Shown in pieces: positions 6,364 to 17,982 of a DNA stretch of 20,409 bases. Position 1 is the first letter of the stretch; each line of letters begins with the position of its first letter. A program made the position numbers and the translations under genes. Origin of the DNA: Blastocladiella emersonii ATCC 22665 (taxonomy: Eukaryota > Fungi > Blastocladiomycota). The notes beneath the pieces were generated by a model. That model did not search any database and had not been told where the DNA came from. It worked only from the letters and a program-made list of their open reading frames with translations. The stretch is taken from NCBI GenBank assembly GCA_025594325.1, contig JANHCV010000021.1:1-20409 (forward strand), read 5' to 3'.

Positions 6364-6854
6364 CTTTTGCTTCCCTCGCTCGCTCGATCGTTTCTCCTTT
6401 TTGCTCCGCGAGTTCTCACTCGTTTCGCTCTCCACCTCGCCTGCGTGTTCTCTTCAGCATCTCGCTCATTCCTTGTGCGTGTGAAGCGGATCGGATGCAT
6501 CGTCTCGCTTGAGAGCAGAGTCGCGATCAGCTCACTGCATCGCGCAAGTACAGCGGACGCAGCTCGACCCGCATGAAGCGTTGCGTTCAGCTCGGCAGCG
6601 GCGCGTGCTCGACGCACGCACCGCACCGCGCACGCGTCAGAGTCCAGCTCGCTCGCTCACGCTCCGCTCCGCGTCGCGCTTCGCGCGCTCGTACCTCCCC
6701 CTCCAGAAATACAAAATTTCCCGCTTCTGAGACCACCAGCGCGTAGCGCAAGCTCCGGAGAGTACGCTGGCAGTGATTGCGGGCGGATTCGTGAGCGCGA
6801 GTCGATCGCAGCAAGCGAAGGGAATCAGTTTGATCAACGATCGTCAATCGCAGA

Positions 6855-6928
6855 GGTCCCATAGCTCAGTTGGTTAGAGCGTGGTGCTAATAACGCCAAG
6901 GCCGACGGTTCGACCCCGTCTGGGACCA
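6855..6928 (+). tRNA. trnI: tRNA-Ile(AAT), copy 2
   Basis: Copy of 52-125 (+6803). Confidence 0.97.
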
Positions 6929-7051
6929 CTCTTTTTTCCTCCTCGCTCATCAGCACCGATCCTTGACGAGAATCTTCAGCGCTCGCTCGAGCCGCTTCGT
7001 GATTGATTACCTGGCTTGTACGCGCAAGAGCGCAAGCAGCAAAATGAAAAA

Positions 7052-7125
7052 CGCTCTTGGGTGGACTCGAACCACCATCCTTTCGATTAACAGTCGAACG
7101 CGCTAACCAATTGCGCCACAAGAGC
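7052..7125 (-). tRNA. trnN: tRNA-Asn(GTT), copy 2
   Basis: Copy of 249-322 (+6803). Confidence 0.97.
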
Positions 7126-7204
7126 TCGCAGTAAGCTGCGGAAAGCTCAGCTTCGTTCGCCGCGAAAGCCGATCATCCAGACCAACTACTCGAGCTGATT
7201 CAAT

Positions 7205-7277
7205 GCGGAGTTGGCTCAGTCGGCAGAGCGTAGGTCTCATAATCCTAAGGTCGGGAGTTCGAGTCTCCCACTCCGCA
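7205..7277 (+). tRNA. trnM: elongator tRNA-Met(CAT), copy 2
   Basis: Copy of 402-474 (+6803). Confidence 0.96.
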
Positions 7278-7370
7278 TCATCCTTTTTGCTCGCGCGCGC
7301 CTTGGATCAGTCGATCCTCGCGTAGAATCACACTCAACATCGCCGCGAGACCGCTCTGAGCAGCAAAAAA

Positions 7371-7452
7371 CGACAACGACAGGATTTGAACCTGTGCAGG
7401 CAGAGCCTAATTGATTTCTAGTCAATCCCCTTAACCACTCGGGCACGTTGTC
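7371..7452 (-). tRNA. trnS: tRNA-Ser(AGA), copy 2
   Basis: Copy of 568-649 (+6803). Confidence 0.97.
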
Positions 7453-7565
7453 TTACACGCGGACACGCAACGGTCGATCAAGTTGCGCGAGCAAGAAAGC
7501 GAGCGAGTCGATTGCGTTTGTTGCCGTAGCGGTTGGTGATCGATCGTACACGCTCAGAAATCGAT

Positions 7566-7648
7566 GGGGAGATGGCCGAGTCGGTCTAAGGCGTCACGTT
7601 AAGGCCGTGATCTCTTCGGAGGCGTGGGTTCGAATCCCACTCTCCTCA
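7566..7648 (+). tRNA. trnL: tRNA-Leu(AAG), copy 2
   Basis: Copy of 763-845 (+6803). Confidence 0.97.
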
Positions 7649-7724
7649 TCCCTTTTTTTCCCTCTCGCGAAGCATCTGGCTCGCGAGGGACGATCGTGAA
7701 GATAGACGCGCATCGGAGAAGCAA

Positions 7725-7796
7725 GGCTCGATGGTCTAGTGGTATGATTCTCCCTTAGGGTGGGAGAGGTCCCGGGTTCAATCCCCGGTCGAGCCC
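7725..7796 (+). tRNA. trnP: tRNA-Pro(AGG), copy 2
   Basis: Copy of 922-993 (+6803). Confidence 0.97.
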
Positions 7797-7895
7797 TTCT
7801 TTTTCTCGCTCGCTGTGAGCGGGACGAGCCTTTTGCGTCGCGTACAGCGCAAGAAAAAGGTGATCGACTCGAACTCGTCGCAGCAAAACGCGCTG

Positions 7896-7967
7896 CTCCG
7901 CATCGGGGATTCGAACCCCGGCCACCTCGGTGAAAGCGAGGGATCCTGACCACTGGACCAATGCGGA
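7896..7967 (-). tRNA. trnE: tRNA-Glu(TTC), copy 2
   Basis: Copy of 1093-1164 (+6803). Confidence 0.96.
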
Positions 7968-8025
7968 TCTCGATGTGCGAGCGACTTGGAGGTCGAGAGC
8001 GACCCGAGTACATGTAAACTTTGAT

Positions 8026-8107
8026 GTTCAGGTGGCCGAGCGGTCTAAGGCGCTAGTTTCAGGTACTAGTCTCTTCGGAGGCGAGGGTTCGAATCCCTTC
8101 CTGGACA
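8026..8107 (+). tRNA. trnL: tRNA-Leu(CAG), copy 2
   Basis: Copy of 1223-1304 (+6803). Confidence 0.97.
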
Positions 8108-8392
8108 TTCGTTTTGCTCCCTCGCGCACAGCGCAAGCAGCGAAGCGTACACAGCTCGAGTCGGCGCACACGCTGCTGTGTCGCGAGGGCGGCTCCGATC
8201 GAGCTCTTTTTTCTCCAGAATGTAGTCGACAGTATGCTCGCTCCATGCTGAAAGCCCGAGCCTCATCGCTCTCATACAGCGCGAGTAATATGCGATCACC
8301 GAGGCCGCGGCGCACGATCGCCTCACGTCTCAAAGTCCAGCTCAAACTAGCGCAACAGCTCAAGGACAGTGTCGGCTCTACTTCACGCTCAC

Positions 8393-8787
8393 ACGGCCCT
8401 GGGTTCGATCCTGCTTGTTAGCGCATTTGCGAGTACCTTCGGATTTACTTTCACACTCAATCCGGGTCCGTTTGAGCTCGTACTCGAGTATGTTACATTG
8501 CTATCTATTCTGGAGCTCCCGTATTAATCAAAAATTGATTGGGGCGATTTTGCTCCCGCACCACGTCTTGAGAGCCAAGAGGTCGCGGGTTCCATACCTG
8601 CCACTTGCATTTGCATTTGTTTTACACGGGGCCGAGACACAAAACTCGGATTGCTCCCAAACTTTAACAGGGATCGTTATATGACGCGTGGACCTCAGAA
8701 AATAATTTGCGCCTTTATTCCATTTATACAGCTCGAGTTGCGAGTGAGACGGAGTCGGGTCGCGGGTTCGATCCTGAGTGTGGTCAC
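8393..8787 (+). pseudogene. tRNA-derived B-box remnants, copy 2
   Basis: Copy of 1590-1984 (+6803). Confidence 0.5.
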
Positions 8788-8952
8788 TTGGTCGCTTTAG
8801 CTGGTCGACCGAGCGTATTAAATTGCAAAGCCATTTCTCAACGGATCTTTGATCTGTAAGTTGCATCATGTGTTCCTCTTTTACTCTGATTATATAAAAG
8901 TAACAGATCGGCAAAGCATTGACAGATGCGAAAGCTCGGATGCACTGTCGAT

Positions 8953-9383
8953 TCCGGCGCTAGAGAACAGCTAGGCAGACGCCCTTGCACACGCAGGTTG
9001 GGGCACGTCACTGAACAAGATCAAAGGCAACAGATCCGCAAAAGCTGCAAAACTCAGGTCGCGACAGCGGTCCGTCCGACCCGGATCGACCCGAACCATT
9101 TTCCGCTACAAGGACGCTAGACAGAAGGCACTTCACATGGATGTTGGAGCACCTTGTTAGCTACGATTAGAAGCAACAGAATCAAAAAAGCTGTAAAACT
9201 CATGTCGTGGGAGCGGTTCGACCGACCCGGATCGACCCGACCCCCAGTGCGCTACAGACATGCTAGACCAAAGGCGCTCCACATGAATGTTGGGGCACCT
9301 TGTTGATAATGATCAAGAGCAACAGATCCCAGAAAGCTGCAAAACTCATGTCACGGCACCGCCCCGACCGACCCGCACTCGAG
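8953..9383. repeat. 146-bp degenerate subrepeat, copy 2
   Basis: Copy of 2150-2580 (+6803). Confidence 0.9.
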
Positions 9384-9539
9384 TCGGTCCCCCGACATGG
9401 TCTCTTAAGATTTTTTCAATCTGTTGACTGCAATTGCTGCGGGAACTTAGCGCAAGCTTAAGTTTAGGAGGGCGCGCGAAAGCATTGAAGGATGCACCCG
9501 AGCGCACGTTTACGCACTCGAACACGTTCAAGTCGAGAG

Positions 9540-9889
9540 TTGACCCTGTTGCCGTCGGGATCATGCAAATCTGTTGACGCCATGCAACTCAGAATCACTG
9601 TAGCTATCCATTGATATCTGAGGCGTCATGATAGCCCAACGGGAAGGGGTCGAAATCGTGACACCGCGAGCAAAACTTTGGTGTCGCGCGGACTCGAACC
9701 GGTCGGGTCAATATTTGACCATGTTGCCGTCGGAATGATGCGAATCTGTTGACGCCATGCAACGCAGAATCGTTTTGCCTATCCATAGAGGTCTTAAGTG
9801 TCGCGAGAGTCGGTCGGGAACCTGGTGAAAAAGTGACGTTCTTTGGTCTCGGCGGGGGACTTGGCGAAATCGCGACCGATCGGCTGACT
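9540..9889. repeat. 175-bp degenerate duplication, copy 2
   Basis: Copy of 2737-3086 (+6803). Confidence 0.85.
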
Positions 9890-10066
9890 ACACTGTGCGC
9901 CGAGTCCCCCTTGGGGCGGGTCGCTTTTCGGTCTCCTTTGCCTCGAAACCGGCACCATCCTAGGCAATATATCACGGGGAACACGATGGTATCAACAGAT
10001 TTCGCATAGGTCGGCTCTGAGGGGGTCAAAATCAAGTCTCGAGAAAAGAAAAGGGTAAAAAATGTT

Positions 10067-10139
10067 TACCCAGTGTGGGGCTCGAACCCACGACATTGAG
10101 ATTAAGAGTCTCACGCTCTACCGACTGAGCTAACCGGGC
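10067..10139 (-). tRNA. trnK: tRNA-Lys(CTT), copy 2
   Basis: Copy of 3264-3336 (+6803). Confidence 0.97.
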
Positions 10140-10556
10140 TTGATATTCTACTCGAGCAATCACTTCATCTTGCGTTCCTGGCTGGACTTGAGCGTGGCGA
10201 TCGGAGCTCGCGCTGGAGATCGTGGATGAGCGGGGGAGCACGCACGCGGCAGCTCGGCGATCACTAGCATCGCGCGCTCACTCTTCTTGCCGCTCGGATC
10301 GCTCACTGGTGCTCGCTTCACTTGTAAACGCCACGTTCGCTGCGTAGCGTTTGTCTCTCACTGTGGAGCGCCACAGTGATCTGGCGAGTGTGTTCGATCA
10401 ACGAGCTTGTAGATGGACCGTCTCGGATGCTCAATGAGCGGTGGTGCTCGAACTGGAGCGGTACAGGTCGAGATACGGGCGAGCAAAGGTACGCGGGTCG
10501 ATCAGCGCGGTTTGCGACTTGGCTTACTGTACGGCAGGTCGGCCCCGGACATCGAG

Positions 10557-10627
10557 GCATAGTTGGTTTAGTGGTATAATTACCGCCTGCCACGCGGTAG
10601 ACCCGGGTTCGATTCCCGGACTATGCA
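10557..10627 (+). tRNA. trnG: tRNA-Gly(GCC), copy 2
   Basis: Copy of 3754-3824 (+6803). Confidence 0.97.
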
Positions 10628-11179
10628 TCACTTTTTGCCCTTGAACTCGCCTCGCGCTCCGACCTTTTCGACCCCTTGCGACCGCATCCTTTACTCTTTT
10701 GCGAATCTGTCGACGCTACCCATGCGCTCGGGTCCTAGCGCATCCGTGTAGTCGAGTTTGGTGGCCTGAATCGACAAAAAGTTGCACGCGGTCCTTGCTG
10801 ACCAGGTCCGCGCTAACCACTTGCAAATCTTGCAAGCGTTTGATGGTCTCTTGGGCGATGCCGACAACCTTGCGCACAATCGACGCGCACCACCGACTAG
10901 TTTGACTATGCGGGAGCTCGCGTTCAACAGATCCATGTGGCGTGCGCAAATGGGTGATCAAGGGCAGCGAGCGCGCTCCGATCCTGCACTTTGTGCGCTT
11001 GCGTCGCGAAGAGACGCGCGAACACGCCGATTCCACGTCGAGGCGGTCGATGATACTCTTGGGTCAGCATGTGTTGCGCGGCGGGCGGATCGCAATGATA
11101 CTGGTCGAGTAATGAGCGGATGATCGACTCGAACACGCCTGCGGCGGGTCCTGTAGCGAGGACGCTCTCCAAAATTTCA

Positions 11180-11253
11180 GTCTTCGTGGTGTAGTTGGTT
11201 ATCACGTCTGTCTAACACACAGACGGTCTCCAGTTCGAACCTGGACGAAGACA
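11180..11253 (+). tRNA. trnV: tRNA-Val(AAC), copy 2
   Basis: Copy of 4377-4450 (+6803). Confidence 0.97.
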
Positions 11254-11337
11254 CTCTTTTTTCTCCTCGAGCTCGCTCGCTTTTCTCGCTACGCAAGTGC
11301 CGCGAGATCAGGATGCAGATCAAGAGACACAGAAGCA

Positions 11338-11409
11338 TCCCAATTGGTCCAGTGGTTAGGATCTCACGCTCTCACCGTGATGGCCGGGGTTCGATTCCCC
11401 GATTGGGAG
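11338..11409 (+). tRNA. trnE: tRNA-Glu(CTC), copy 2
   Basis: Copy of 4535-4606 (+6803). Confidence 0.97.
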
Positions 11410-11552
11410 GAGTTTATTCTTCTTTTGCTCTCGCTCGCTTTTGCTCCGCGTCGTCGCGAGTGGCTCAGCCATAATACGGCGTTGTATTACGCTGTCTCGA
11501 TGGCAAAACGAGCGAGTCGAGCGTGTGGCTCGCGCGCGAGAAGGAAAAAAAG

Positions 11553-11625
11553 TGGAGAATCGGGGTATCGATCCCCGTGCCTCTCGCATGCTAAGCGAGC
11601 GCTCTACCATTTGAGCTAATCCCCC
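11553..11625 (-). tRNA. trnA: tRNA-Ala(AGC), copy 2
   Basis: Copy of 4750-4822 (+6803). Confidence 0.97.
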
Positions 11626-11996
11626 ATACTTTTAGACGGTGCAGCGAGCCTCAGATCGCCGAGCTCGGTTGCGGACTTGAACCGCGCGTTTCGCCATGTT
11701 CCCTTGGGCGGATCGACTCGCGCTTTCAGTATCACGCGTAGCACCACTGGATGCATGTCTCCTCCGAGTTACAGCTCAATCGGCTGCTTGGTGCGTGAGG
11801 GGCGATGTGCGTTGTCCAGGAGCGCTGCATCGTCTGCTGCTCACTCATGCAAGCGCGCGACCCGCTCTCGCGACGCGTTATACTGCGCGACGAAGCGGTC
11901 GACACGCTAGAGCGGTCACTCAGTTGAGAGCTAGTGCGTACGCGATGTAAAAGAGGAGAGAGCGAGCGGCTCTCGATCGAGAAGAATAATAAAAAG

Positions 11997-12069
11997 TGTC
12001 ACCTCCGTGGATTGAACACGGGACCTTTAGATCTTCAGTCTAACGCTCTCCCAACTGAGCTAAGGTGAC
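11997..12069 (-). tRNA. trnF: tRNA-Phe(GAA), copy 2
   Basis: Copy of 5194-5266 (+6803). Confidence 0.97.
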
Positions 12070-12183
12070 GTGAATGATCAAGATCGCAACGCGTGGTGAC
12101 TCTCACCGCCGTGGCGAAGCTTTAATCGGATCAGGCAGCTCGGGTCGAGGCGATATAGCAGCGCGCTGTTGCTCTATCATCAT

Positions 12184-12266
12184 CCGACCATAGCTCAGTT
12201 GGTAGAGCGGAAGACTGTAGTGATATGGATATCTTTAGGTCCCTGGTTCGAATCCGGGTGGTCGGA
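12184..12266 (+). tRNA. trnY: tRNA-Tyr(GTA) with intron, copy 2
   Basis: Copy of 5381-5463 (+6803). Confidence 0.96.
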
Positions 12267-12476
12267 CACTCTTTTTGCCTTGAGCACGCATCGAATGATC
12301 GATCACACGCGTGACGCAGCGCACGCTCGTTTTGCAGCTGCGTTGGAGCGAGCCGAATCGACTGAGTCGCTCCCTCGCGCGCGTTCAAGTCTCCTGAAGC
12401 GCGCGTAGCAGCACGCTCGATCAGCAGCATTATTATCAGAGAGGATCGAGTAGCGCAGTTGCTTCGTACGATTGTA

Positions 12477-12549
12477 GCCTTCTTAGCTCAGTTGGCAGAG
12501 CGTCCGCCTAGTAAGCGGAAGGTCAGCAGTTCAAATCTGCTAGGAGGCA
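12477..12549 (+). tRNA. trnT: tRNA-Thr(AGT), copy 2
   Basis: Copy of 5674-5746 (+6803). Confidence 0.97.
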
Positions 12550-12611
12550 TTTTGATTTTTCGTTTTGCGATCGAGCGGCAATAGATGAAACGCAGCGCGA
12601 GCAAAAAGGAG

Positions 12612-12683
12612 CTCTCCGGCCGGGAATCGAACCCGGGCCGCGTGCGTGACAGGCACGAATACTAACCACTATACTACCGGAGA
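12612..12683 (-). tRNA. trnD: tRNA-Asp(GTC), copy 2
   Basis: Copy of 5809-5880 (+6803). Confidence 0.97.
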
Positions 12684-13093
12684 CCTTGATTTGTTACGGC
12701 TGCTGCAGTACAGGTACTCGCCGCCAGCTCGAGCCGACTTGCGCGAGCGATTACTCGAGACTCACGCAAGCAATCGACCTGATCTCGCGGATACCAGCTG
12801 CTCTCATGCTAGTCGAGAGCTATGCAAAGTCTCGCGCCGATCCGACGAGTCAATTCGTGTGAACGCGCTGTGCACGATTCGCGCGACGCAGCACTCATAC
12901 GCGATCAGCTGGTGTAGCGGGACGCCGATTCCAGCGCGGGCACATGCTTTCGACTCTGTAGCATCCATGGCGCGCCGCCGTTGCGCGAGATCTGCGGCAG
13001 AGTCCCGCGCAAAGCTGCTCGTCGCGACGCTCAAGTCAAAGTCCCTCGATTCGCGACGCGGTACCTGGGCGCTGTGCAGCCCGTCACATCGTT

Positions 13094-13166
13094 GGACCTA
13101 TGGCCAAATGGATAAGGCGCCTGACTACGGATCAGGAGATTCCAGGTTCGATCCCTGGTAGGTTCG
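13094..13166 (+). tRNA. trnR: tRNA-Arg(ACG), copy 2
   Basis: Copy of 6291-6363 (+6803). Confidence 0.97.
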
Positions 13167-13657
13167 CTTTTGCTTCCCTCGCTCGCTCGATCGTTTCTCC
13201 TTTTTGCTCCGCGAGTTCTCACTCGTTTCGCTCTCCACCTCGCCTGCGTGTTCTCTTCAGCATCTCGCTCATTCCTTGTGCGTGTGAAGCGGATCGGATG
13301 CATCGTCTCGCTTGAGAGCAGAGTCGCGATCAGCTCACTGCATCGCGCAAGTACAGCGGACGCAGCTCGACCCGCATGAAGCGTTGCGTTCAGCTCGGCA
13401 GCGGCGCGTGCTCGACGCACGCACCGCACCGCGCACGCGTCAGAGTCCAGCTCGCTCGCTCACGCTCCGCTCCGCGTCGCGCTTCGCGCGCTCGTACCTC
13501 CCCCTCCAGAAATACAAAATTTCCCGCTTCTGAGACCACCAGCGCGTAGCGCAAGCTCCGGAGAGTACGCTGGCAGTGATTGCGGGCGGATTCGTGAGCG
13601 CGAGTCGATCGCAGCAAGCGAAGGGAATCAGTTTGATCAACGATCGTCAATCGCAGA

Positions 13658-13731
13658 GGTCCCATAGCTCAGTTGGTTAGAGCGTGGTGCTAATAACGCC
13701 AAGGCCGACGGTTCGACCCCGTCTGGGACCA
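13658..13731 (+). tRNA. trnI: tRNA-Ile(AAT), copy 3
   Basis: Copy of 52-125 (+13606). Confidence 0.97.
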
Positions 13732-13854
13732 CTCTTTTTTCCTCCTCGCTCATCAGCACCGATCCTTGACGAGAATCTTCAGCGCTCGCTCGAGCCGCTT
13801 CGTGATTGATTACCTGGCTTGTACGCGCAAGAGCGCAAGCAGCAAAATGAAAAA

Positions 13855-13928
13855 CGCTCTTGGGTGGACTCGAACCACCATCCTTTCGATTAACAGTCGA
13901 ACGCGCTAACCAATTGCGCCACAAGAGC
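13855..13928 (-). tRNA. trnN: tRNA-Asn(GTT), copy 3
   Basis: Copy of 249-322 (+13606). Confidence 0.97.
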
Positions 13929-14007
13929 TCGCAGTAAGCTGCGGAAAGCTCAGCTTCGTTCGCCGCGAAAGCCGATCATCCAGACCAACTACTCGAGCTG
14001 ATTCAAT

Positions 14008-14080
14008 GCGGAGTTGGCTCAGTCGGCAGAGCGTAGGTCTCATAATCCTAAGGTCGGGAGTTCGAGTCTCCCACTCCGCA
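14008..14080 (+). tRNA. trnM: elongator tRNA-Met(CAT), copy 3
   Basis: Copy of 402-474 (+13606). Confidence 0.96.
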
Positions 14081-14173
14081 TCATCCTTTTTGCTCGCGCG
14101 CGCCTTGGATCAGTCGATCCTCGCGTAGAATCACACTCAACATCGCCGCGAGACCGCTCTGAGCAGCAAAAAA

Positions 14174-14255
14174 CGACAACGACAGGATTTGAACCTGTGC
14201 AGGCAGAGCCTAATTGATTTCTAGTCAATCCCCTTAACCACTCGGGCACGTTGTC
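14174..14255 (-). tRNA. trnS: tRNA-Ser(AGA), copy 3
   Basis: Copy of 568-649 (+13606). Confidence 0.97.
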
Positions 14256-14368
14256 TTACACGCGGACACGCAACGGTCGATCAAGTTGCGCGAGCAAGAA
14301 AGCGAGCGAGTCGATTGCGTTTGTTGCCGTAGCGGTTGGTGATCGATCGTACACGCTCAGAAATCGAT

Positions 14369-14451
14369 GGGGAGATGGCCGAGTCGGTCTAAGGCGTCAC
14401 GTTAAGGCCGTGATCTCTTCGGAGGCGTGGGTTCGAATCCCACTCTCCTCA
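14369..14451 (+). tRNA. trnL: tRNA-Leu(AAG), copy 3
   Basis: Copy of 763-845 (+13606). Confidence 0.97.
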
Positions 14452-14527
14452 TCCCTTTTTTTCCCTCTCGCGAAGCATCTGGCTCGCGAGGGACGATCGT
14501 GAAGATAGACGCGCATCGGAGAAGCAA

Positions 14528-14599
14528 GGCTCGATGGTCTAGTGGTATGATTCTCCCTTAGGGTGGGAGAGGTCCCGGGTTCAATCCCCGGTCGAGCCC
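14528..14599 (+). tRNA. trnP: tRNA-Pro(AGG), copy 3
   Basis: Copy of 922-993 (+13606). Confidence 0.97.
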
Positions 14600-14698
14600 T
14601 TCTTTTTCTCGCTCGCTGTGAGCGGGACGAGCCTTTTGCGTCGCGTACAGCGCAAGAAAAAGGTGATCGACTCGAACTCGTCGCAGCAAAACGCGCTG

Positions 14699-14770
14699 CT
14701 CCGCATCGGGGATTCGAACCCCGGCCACCTCGGTGAAAGCGAGGGATCCTGACCACTGGACCAATGCGGA
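14699..14770 (-). tRNA. trnE: tRNA-Glu(TTC), copy 3
   Basis: Copy of 1093-1164 (+13606). Confidence 0.96.
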
Positions 14771-14828
14771 TCTCGATGTGCGAGCGACTTGGAGGTCGAG
14801 AGCGACCCGAGTACATGTAAACTTTGAT

Positions 14829-14910
14829 GTTCAGGTGGCCGAGCGGTCTAAGGCGCTAGTTTCAGGTACTAGTCTCTTCGGAGGCGAGGGTTCGAATCCC
14901 TTCCTGGACA
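14829..14910 (+). tRNA. trnL: tRNA-Leu(CAG), copy 3
   Basis: Copy of 1223-1304 (+13606). Confidence 0.97.
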
Positions 14911-15195
14911 TTCGTTTTGCTCCCTCGCGCACAGCGCAAGCAGCGAAGCGTACACAGCTCGAGTCGGCGCACACGCTGCTGTGTCGCGAGGGCGGCTCCG
15001 ATCGAGCTCTTTTTTCTCCAGAATGTAGTCGACAGTATGCTCGCTCCATGCTGAAAGCCCGAGCCTCATCGCTCTCATACAGCGCGAGTAATATGCGATC
15101 ACCGAGGCCGCGGCGCACGATCGCCTCACGTCTCAAAGTCCAGCTCAAACTAGCGCAACAGCTCAAGGACAGTGTCGGCTCTACTTCACGCTCAC

Positions 15196-15590
15196 ACGGC
15201 CCTGGGTTCGATCCTGCTTGTTAGCGCATTTGCGAGTACCTTCGGATTTACTTTCACACTCAATCCGGGTCCGTTTGAGCTCGTACTCGAGTATGTTACA
15301 TTGCTATCTATTCTGGAGCTCCCGTATTAATCAAAAATTGATTGGGGCGATTTTGCTCCCGCACCACGTCTTGAGAGCCAAGAGGTCGCGGGTTCCATAC
15401 CTGCCACTTGCATTTGCATTTGTTTTACACGGGGCCGAGACACAAAACTCGGATTGCTCCCAAACTTTAACAGGGATCGTTATATGACGCGTGGACCTCA
15501 GAAAATAATTTGCGCCTTTATTCCATTTATACAGCTCGAGTTGCGAGTGAGACGGAGTCGGGTCGCGGGTTCGATCCTGAGTGTGGTCAC
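15196..15590 (+). pseudogene. tRNA-derived B-box remnants, copy 3
   Basis: Copy of 1590-1984 (+13606). Confidence 0.5.
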
Positions 15591-15755
15591 TTGGTCGCTT
15601 TAGCTGGTCGACCGAGCGTATTAAATTGCAAAGCCATTTCTCAACGGATCTTTGATCTGTAAGTTGCATCATGTGTTCCTCTTTTACTCTGATTATATAA
15701 AAGTAACAGATCGGCAAAGCATTGACAGATGCGAAAGCTCGGATGCACTGTCGAT

Positions 15756-16186
15756 TCCGGCGCTAGAGAACAGCTAGGCAGACGCCCTTGCACACGCAGG
15801 TTGGGGCACGTCACTGAACAAGATCAAAGGCAACAGATCCGCAAAAGCTGCAAAACTCAGGTCGCGACAGCGGTCCGTCCGACCCGGATCGACCCGAACC
15901 ATTTTCCGCTACAAGGACGCTAGACAGAAGGCACTTCACATGGATGTTGGAGCACCTTGTTAGCTACGATTAGAAGCAACAGAATCAAAAAAGCTGTAAA
16001 ACTCATGTCGTGGGAGCGGTTCGACCGACCCGGATCGACCCGACCCCCAGTGCGCTACAGACATGCTAGACCAAAGGCGCTCCACATGAATGTTGGGGCA
16101 CCTTGTTGATAATGATCAAGAGCAACAGATCCCAGAAAGCTGCAAAACTCATGTCACGGCACCGCCCCGACCGACCCGCACTCGAG
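15756..16186. repeat. 146-bp degenerate subrepeat, copy 3
   Basis: Copy of 2150-2580 (+13606). Confidence 0.9.
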
Positions 16187-16342
16187 TCGGTCCCCCGACA
16201 TGGTCTCTTAAGATTTTTTCAATCTGTTGACTGCAATTGCTGCGGGAACTTAGCGCAAGCTTAAGTTTAGGAGGGCGCGCGAAAGCATTGAAGGATGCAC
16301 CCGAGCGCACGTTTACGCACTCGAACACGTTCAAGTCGAGAG

Positions 16343-16692
16343 TTGACCCTGTTGCCGTCGGGATCATGCAAATCTGTTGACGCCATGCAACTCAGAATCA
16401 CTGTAGCTATCCATTGATATCTGAGGCGTCATGATAGCCCAACGGGAAGGGGTCGAAATCGTGACACCGCGAGCAAAACTTTGGTGTCGCGCGGACTCGA
16501 ACCGGTCGGGTCAATATTTGACCATGTTGCCGTCGGAATGATGCGAATCTGTTGACGCCATGCAACGCAGAATCGTTTTGCCTATCCATAGAGGTCTTAA
16601 GTGTCGCGAGAGTCGGTCGGGAACCTGGTGAAAAAGTGACGTTCTTTGGTCTCGGCGGGGGACTTGGCGAAATCGCGACCGATCGGCTGACT
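16343..16692. repeat. 175-bp degenerate duplication, copy 3
   Basis: Copy of 2737-3086 (+13606). Confidence 0.85.
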
Positions 16693-16869
16693 ACACTGTG
16701 CGCCGAGTCCCCCTTGGGGCGGGTCGCTTTTCGGTCTCCTTTGCCTCGAAACCGGCACCATCCTAGGCAATATATCACGGGGAACACGATGGTATCAACA
16801 GATTTCGCATAGGTCGGCTCTGAGGGGGTCAAAATCAAGTCTCGAGAAAAGAAAAGGGTAAAAAATGTT

Positions 16870-16942
16870 TACCCAGTGTGGGGCTCGAACCCACGACATT
16901 GAGATTAAGAGTCTCACGCTCTACCGACTGAGCTAACCGGGC
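16870..16942 (-). tRNA. trnK: tRNA-Lys(CTT), copy 3
   Basis: Copy of 3264-3336 (+13606). Confidence 0.97.
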
Positions 16943-17359
16943 TTGATATTCTACTCGAGCAATCACTTCATCTTGCGTTCCTGGCTGGACTTGAGCGTGG
17001 CGATCGGAGCTCGCGCTGGAGATCGTGGATGAGCGGGGGAGCACGCACGCGGCAGCTCGGCGATCACTAGCATCGCGCGCTCACTCTTCTTGCCGCTCGG
17101 ATCGCTCACTGGTGCTCGCTTCACTTGTAAACGCCACGTTCGCTGCGTAGCGTTTGTCTCTCACTGTGGAGCGCCACAGTGATCTGGCGAGTGTGTTCGA
17201 TCAACGAGCTTGTAGATGGACCGTCTCGGATGCTCAATGAGCGGTGGTGCTCGAACTGGAGCGGTACAGGTCGAGATACGGGCGAGCAAAGGTACGCGGG
17301 TCGATCAGCGCGGTTTGCGACTTGGCTTACTGTACGGCAGGTCGGCCCCGGACATCGAG

Positions 17360-17430
17360 GCATAGTTGGTTTAGTGGTATAATTACCGCCTGCCACGCGG
17401 TAGACCCGGGTTCGATTCCCGGACTATGCA
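17360..17430 (+). tRNA. trnG: tRNA-Gly(GCC), copy 3
   Basis: Copy of 3754-3824 (+13606). Confidence 0.97.
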
Positions 17431-17982
17431 TCACTTTTTGCCCTTGAACTCGCCTCGCGCTCCGACCTTTTCGACCCCTTGCGACCGCATCCTTTACTCT
17501 TTTGCGAATCTGTCGACGCTACCCATGCGCTCGGGTCCTAGCGCATCCGTGTAGTCGAGTTTGGTGGCCTGAATCGACAAAAAGTTGCACGCGGTCCTTG
17601 CTGACCAGGTCCGCGCTAACCACTTGCAAATCTTGCAAGCGTTTGATGGTCTCTTGGGCGATGCCGACAACCTTGCGCACAATCGACGCGCACCACCGAC
17701 TAGTTTGACTATGCGGGAGCTCGCGTTCAACAGATCCATGTGGCGTGCGCAAATGGGTGATCAAGGGCAGCGAGCGCGCTCCGATCCTGCACTTTGTGCG
17801 CTTGCGTCGCGAAGAGACGCGCGAACACGCCGATTCCACGTCGAGGCGGTCGATGATACTCTTGGGTCAGCATGTGTTGCGCGGCGGGCGGATCGCAATG
17901 ATACTGGTCGAGTAATGAGCGGATGATCGACTCGAACACGCCTGCGGCGGGTCCTGTAGCGAGGACGCTCTCCAAAATTTCA

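Larger units (their letters stand above)
1..6803. repeat. 6,803-bp tRNA-array repeat unit, copy 1
   Basis: Sequence restarts at 6804 (gatcgcagcaagcgaaggg vs aatcgcagcaagcgaaggg at 1); internal ORFs recur at +6803 with identical translations. Confidence 0.98.
6804..13606. repeat. 6,803-bp tRNA-array repeat unit, copy 2
   Basis: Same features offset by 6803. Confidence 0.98.

Noticed and set aside
6600-6700. GCAC/GCTC low-complexity run and many short palindromes (TCGA, CGCG, TCTCGATCGAGA at 5168-5179) as specific elements
   Set aside because: They are consistent with the general CG/TCGA-rich background of the spacers; no discrete unit or boundary is visible.
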